Assembly (NCBI GenBank): GCA_964106915.2
Contig: OZ066929.1
Length of the DNA: 64,000 nt
From: Podarcis gaigeae
Taxonomy: Eukaryota
Direction: 5' to 3' (one strand)
The stretch's first letter is position 1, and every line of letters starts with the position of its first letter. The translations under genes and the position numbers were made by a program. Under the pieces are notes generated by a model. The model had not been told where the DNA came from and searched no databases. It was given only the letters and a program-made list of their open reading frames with translations. Positions 62,504 through 64,000 of the stretch are shown here, piece after piece.

Positions 62504-62656
62504 TGCGCCGCGAGCCCCCGAAAAGCGCTTGGAAGATATCCTCCCAGCTGTCGCCCTTGAGCACGGCGTAGTGGTCGAAGACCAGCGAGGGGGACGTGGC
62601 CTCACAGTCCTCCCGTGTCGGCTGCTTGGAGAAGTCGTAGGACCAGTACTTCCGCC
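62504..62656 (-). CDS. VTN: VTN antepenultimate exon
   Basis: RKYWSYDFSKQPTREDCEATSPSLVFDHYAVLKGDSWEDIFQALFGG; 153 nt, phase 1-1. Confidence 0.92.
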
Positions 62657-63389
62657 CTGGGGAGGCAGAGGGAGAAGGGATTCAGCACCAGGCAGGGGAG
62701 AACAGATTTCACAGAGGGCTGCGCCAGGATCCACAGGGACAGCAGATCCCACTGCCAGCCTCCCTTGTTCCTGGTGCAAATCTTTCCAGAACTCTTCTTC
62801 AATGGCAGGGAGGAGGGTGCCAGCCCTGAGATGGGTCTTGCAATGGGGGCACCAACTTCCCACCATGCCATTGCAGGGGGTGTCGGTTCTAAACTTAAAT
62901 TTATATGGCATCAAGAAAAGGTTCAGAAAAGGCTCTTCCGTTTAGAGAAGGTCAGGAAAAGATGAAGCGTTAGGCCATGTCAGCCTGGAGAAAGGGGACT
63001 GAGAAGAGTTTTTCTCCCTGTCTCCTAACGCTAGAACTCGTGGACGAAGCTGAATGTTAGAAGATTCAGGGCAGAGAAAATAAAGTCCTTCTTTGTGCTG
63101 TGCAGTGTTAAACTCTGGAACTCCCTGCAACAGGAGCCAGCGATGGCCACCATTGTGGATGGCTGGAGAGGAGTATTGGACAAATGGAGGGGAAAGCTAC
63201 TGATGGCTCCAAGACACAGTGGTCCTACTTTGCCTCCTGGCTCAGAGGCAGCAATACGTGCTGGAAACCGAACTTACTCTCGAATCCTGCTTGTGGGTTA
63301 AACTGTGGAACTCCCTCCCACAGGAGATGGTGATGGCCAACGGACTAGATGGCTTTGTAAGAGGAGTAGACCAATGCATGGAGGAGGAG

Positions 63390-63650
63390 GAGACAGGCAG
63401 TCAGGTTGTGCATCCACAGGAGTGACCAGAGGAGGAATGACCGCTGGGAGGAGCCCAGAGAGAAGACACTCTTTGGTGCATCTGCAGCAGCACAACCGGA
63501 CGCTTTCCTCTGCCCGGCTGCAACAAAACATGTCTTTCCTGTATCAGTCTTTCCAGTCACAGCAGGCACTGCAACTATCCAACCGCTTGACCTCGCCCCC
63601 AAAGACACACTCCTCCATTGTCTCCCGAGACAGACGGATGTCAGTCATTA
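63390..63650 (+). mobile_element. non-BovB RTE-like LINE 3' end nested in a CR1 tail
   Basis: Frameshifted C-terminal C2HC finger (F.CP.CNKTCLS.I.L.SHSRHC) followed by GTCTCCCGAGACAGACGGATG; flanked by repeated CATGGAGGAGGAG. Confidence 0.55.
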
Positions 63651-63719
63651 TTAAGCAAATCCATGGAGGAGGAGAGGGCTTCCAGTGGCTCCTAGCCAGG
63701 ATGGCTCTGCTCTGCCTCT

Positions 63720-63952
63720 GAGTTTGGATTTGATATCCCGCTTTATCACTACTCTAAGGAGTCTCAAAGCAGCTAACATTCTCCTTTTCCTTCCTCCCTC
63801 ACAACAAACACTCTGTGAGGTGAGTGGGGCTGAGAGACTTCAGAGAAGTGTGACTGGTCCAAGGTCACCCAGCAGCTGCATGTGGAGGAGCGGGGAATCG
63901 AACCCAGTTCCCCAGATTACGAGACTACCGCTCTGAACCACTACACCACACT
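63720..63952 (-). mobile_element. Squam3-type tRNA/CORE SINE
   Basis: Minus strand CAGTGTGGTGTAGTGGTT head, GGGTGACCTTGG core, ...GATATCAAATCCAAACTC end; older related copies near 6120-6330, 15130-15345, 22900-23100, 45200-45420. Confidence 0.75.
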
Positions 63953-64000
63953 GCCATTGGAGGCAGCCATGGTTCTGAACAGCAGTTGCTGGAAACCCCA

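Larger units (their letters stand above)
59280..62656 (-). other. VTN: VTN vitronectin gene, 3' part (last three exons); 5' exons beyond right edge
   Basis: Hemopexin repeats, basic heparin-binding stretch and C-terminal YPRPISKYWLGC; adjacent to SEBOX. Confidence 0.93.

Noticed and set aside
1-64000. CRISPR arrays, operons or other prokaryotic systems
   Set aside because: Spliced vertebrate genes and interspersed eukaryotic repeats only; no regularly spaced direct-repeat array

Overview
Vertebrate genomic DNA, almost certainly from a squamate and probably a lacertid lizard, judged from its Sauria/Squam SINEs, BovB, CR1, L2 and Tc1/mariner and hAT MITEs. By tracing GT-AG junctions and checking reading phase I reconstructed five intron-containing genes. 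(1) The 5' part of SMG6 (minus strand, exons 1-10, 28579->5142; the rest lies left of the window). (2) Complete POLDIP2 (minus, 11 exons, 381 aa). (3) Complete TMEM199 (plus, 6 exons, 195 aa), head-to-head with POLDIP2 at a CpG-island bidirectional promoter. (4) Complete SEBOX homeobox gene (minus, 3 exons, 196 aa). (5) The last three exons of vitronectin, VTN (minus). Most ORFs in the six-frame track are GC-rich or repeat-derived noise. I see no clearly new biological system. The most interesting points are: SMG6 directly abuts POLDIP2, with no SRR/TSR1 or TNFAIP1 between them; an exact 22-nt duplication straddles the POLDIP2 exon-2 donor and creates a frameshifting cryptic donor; inverted young MITEs flank a phase-symmetric TMEM199 exon 2-4 block (circRNA/skipping candidate); and there are muscle-type enhancer or internal promoter candidates in SMG6 introns. 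Gene and repeat family names come from my recognition of the sequences, not from database searches.
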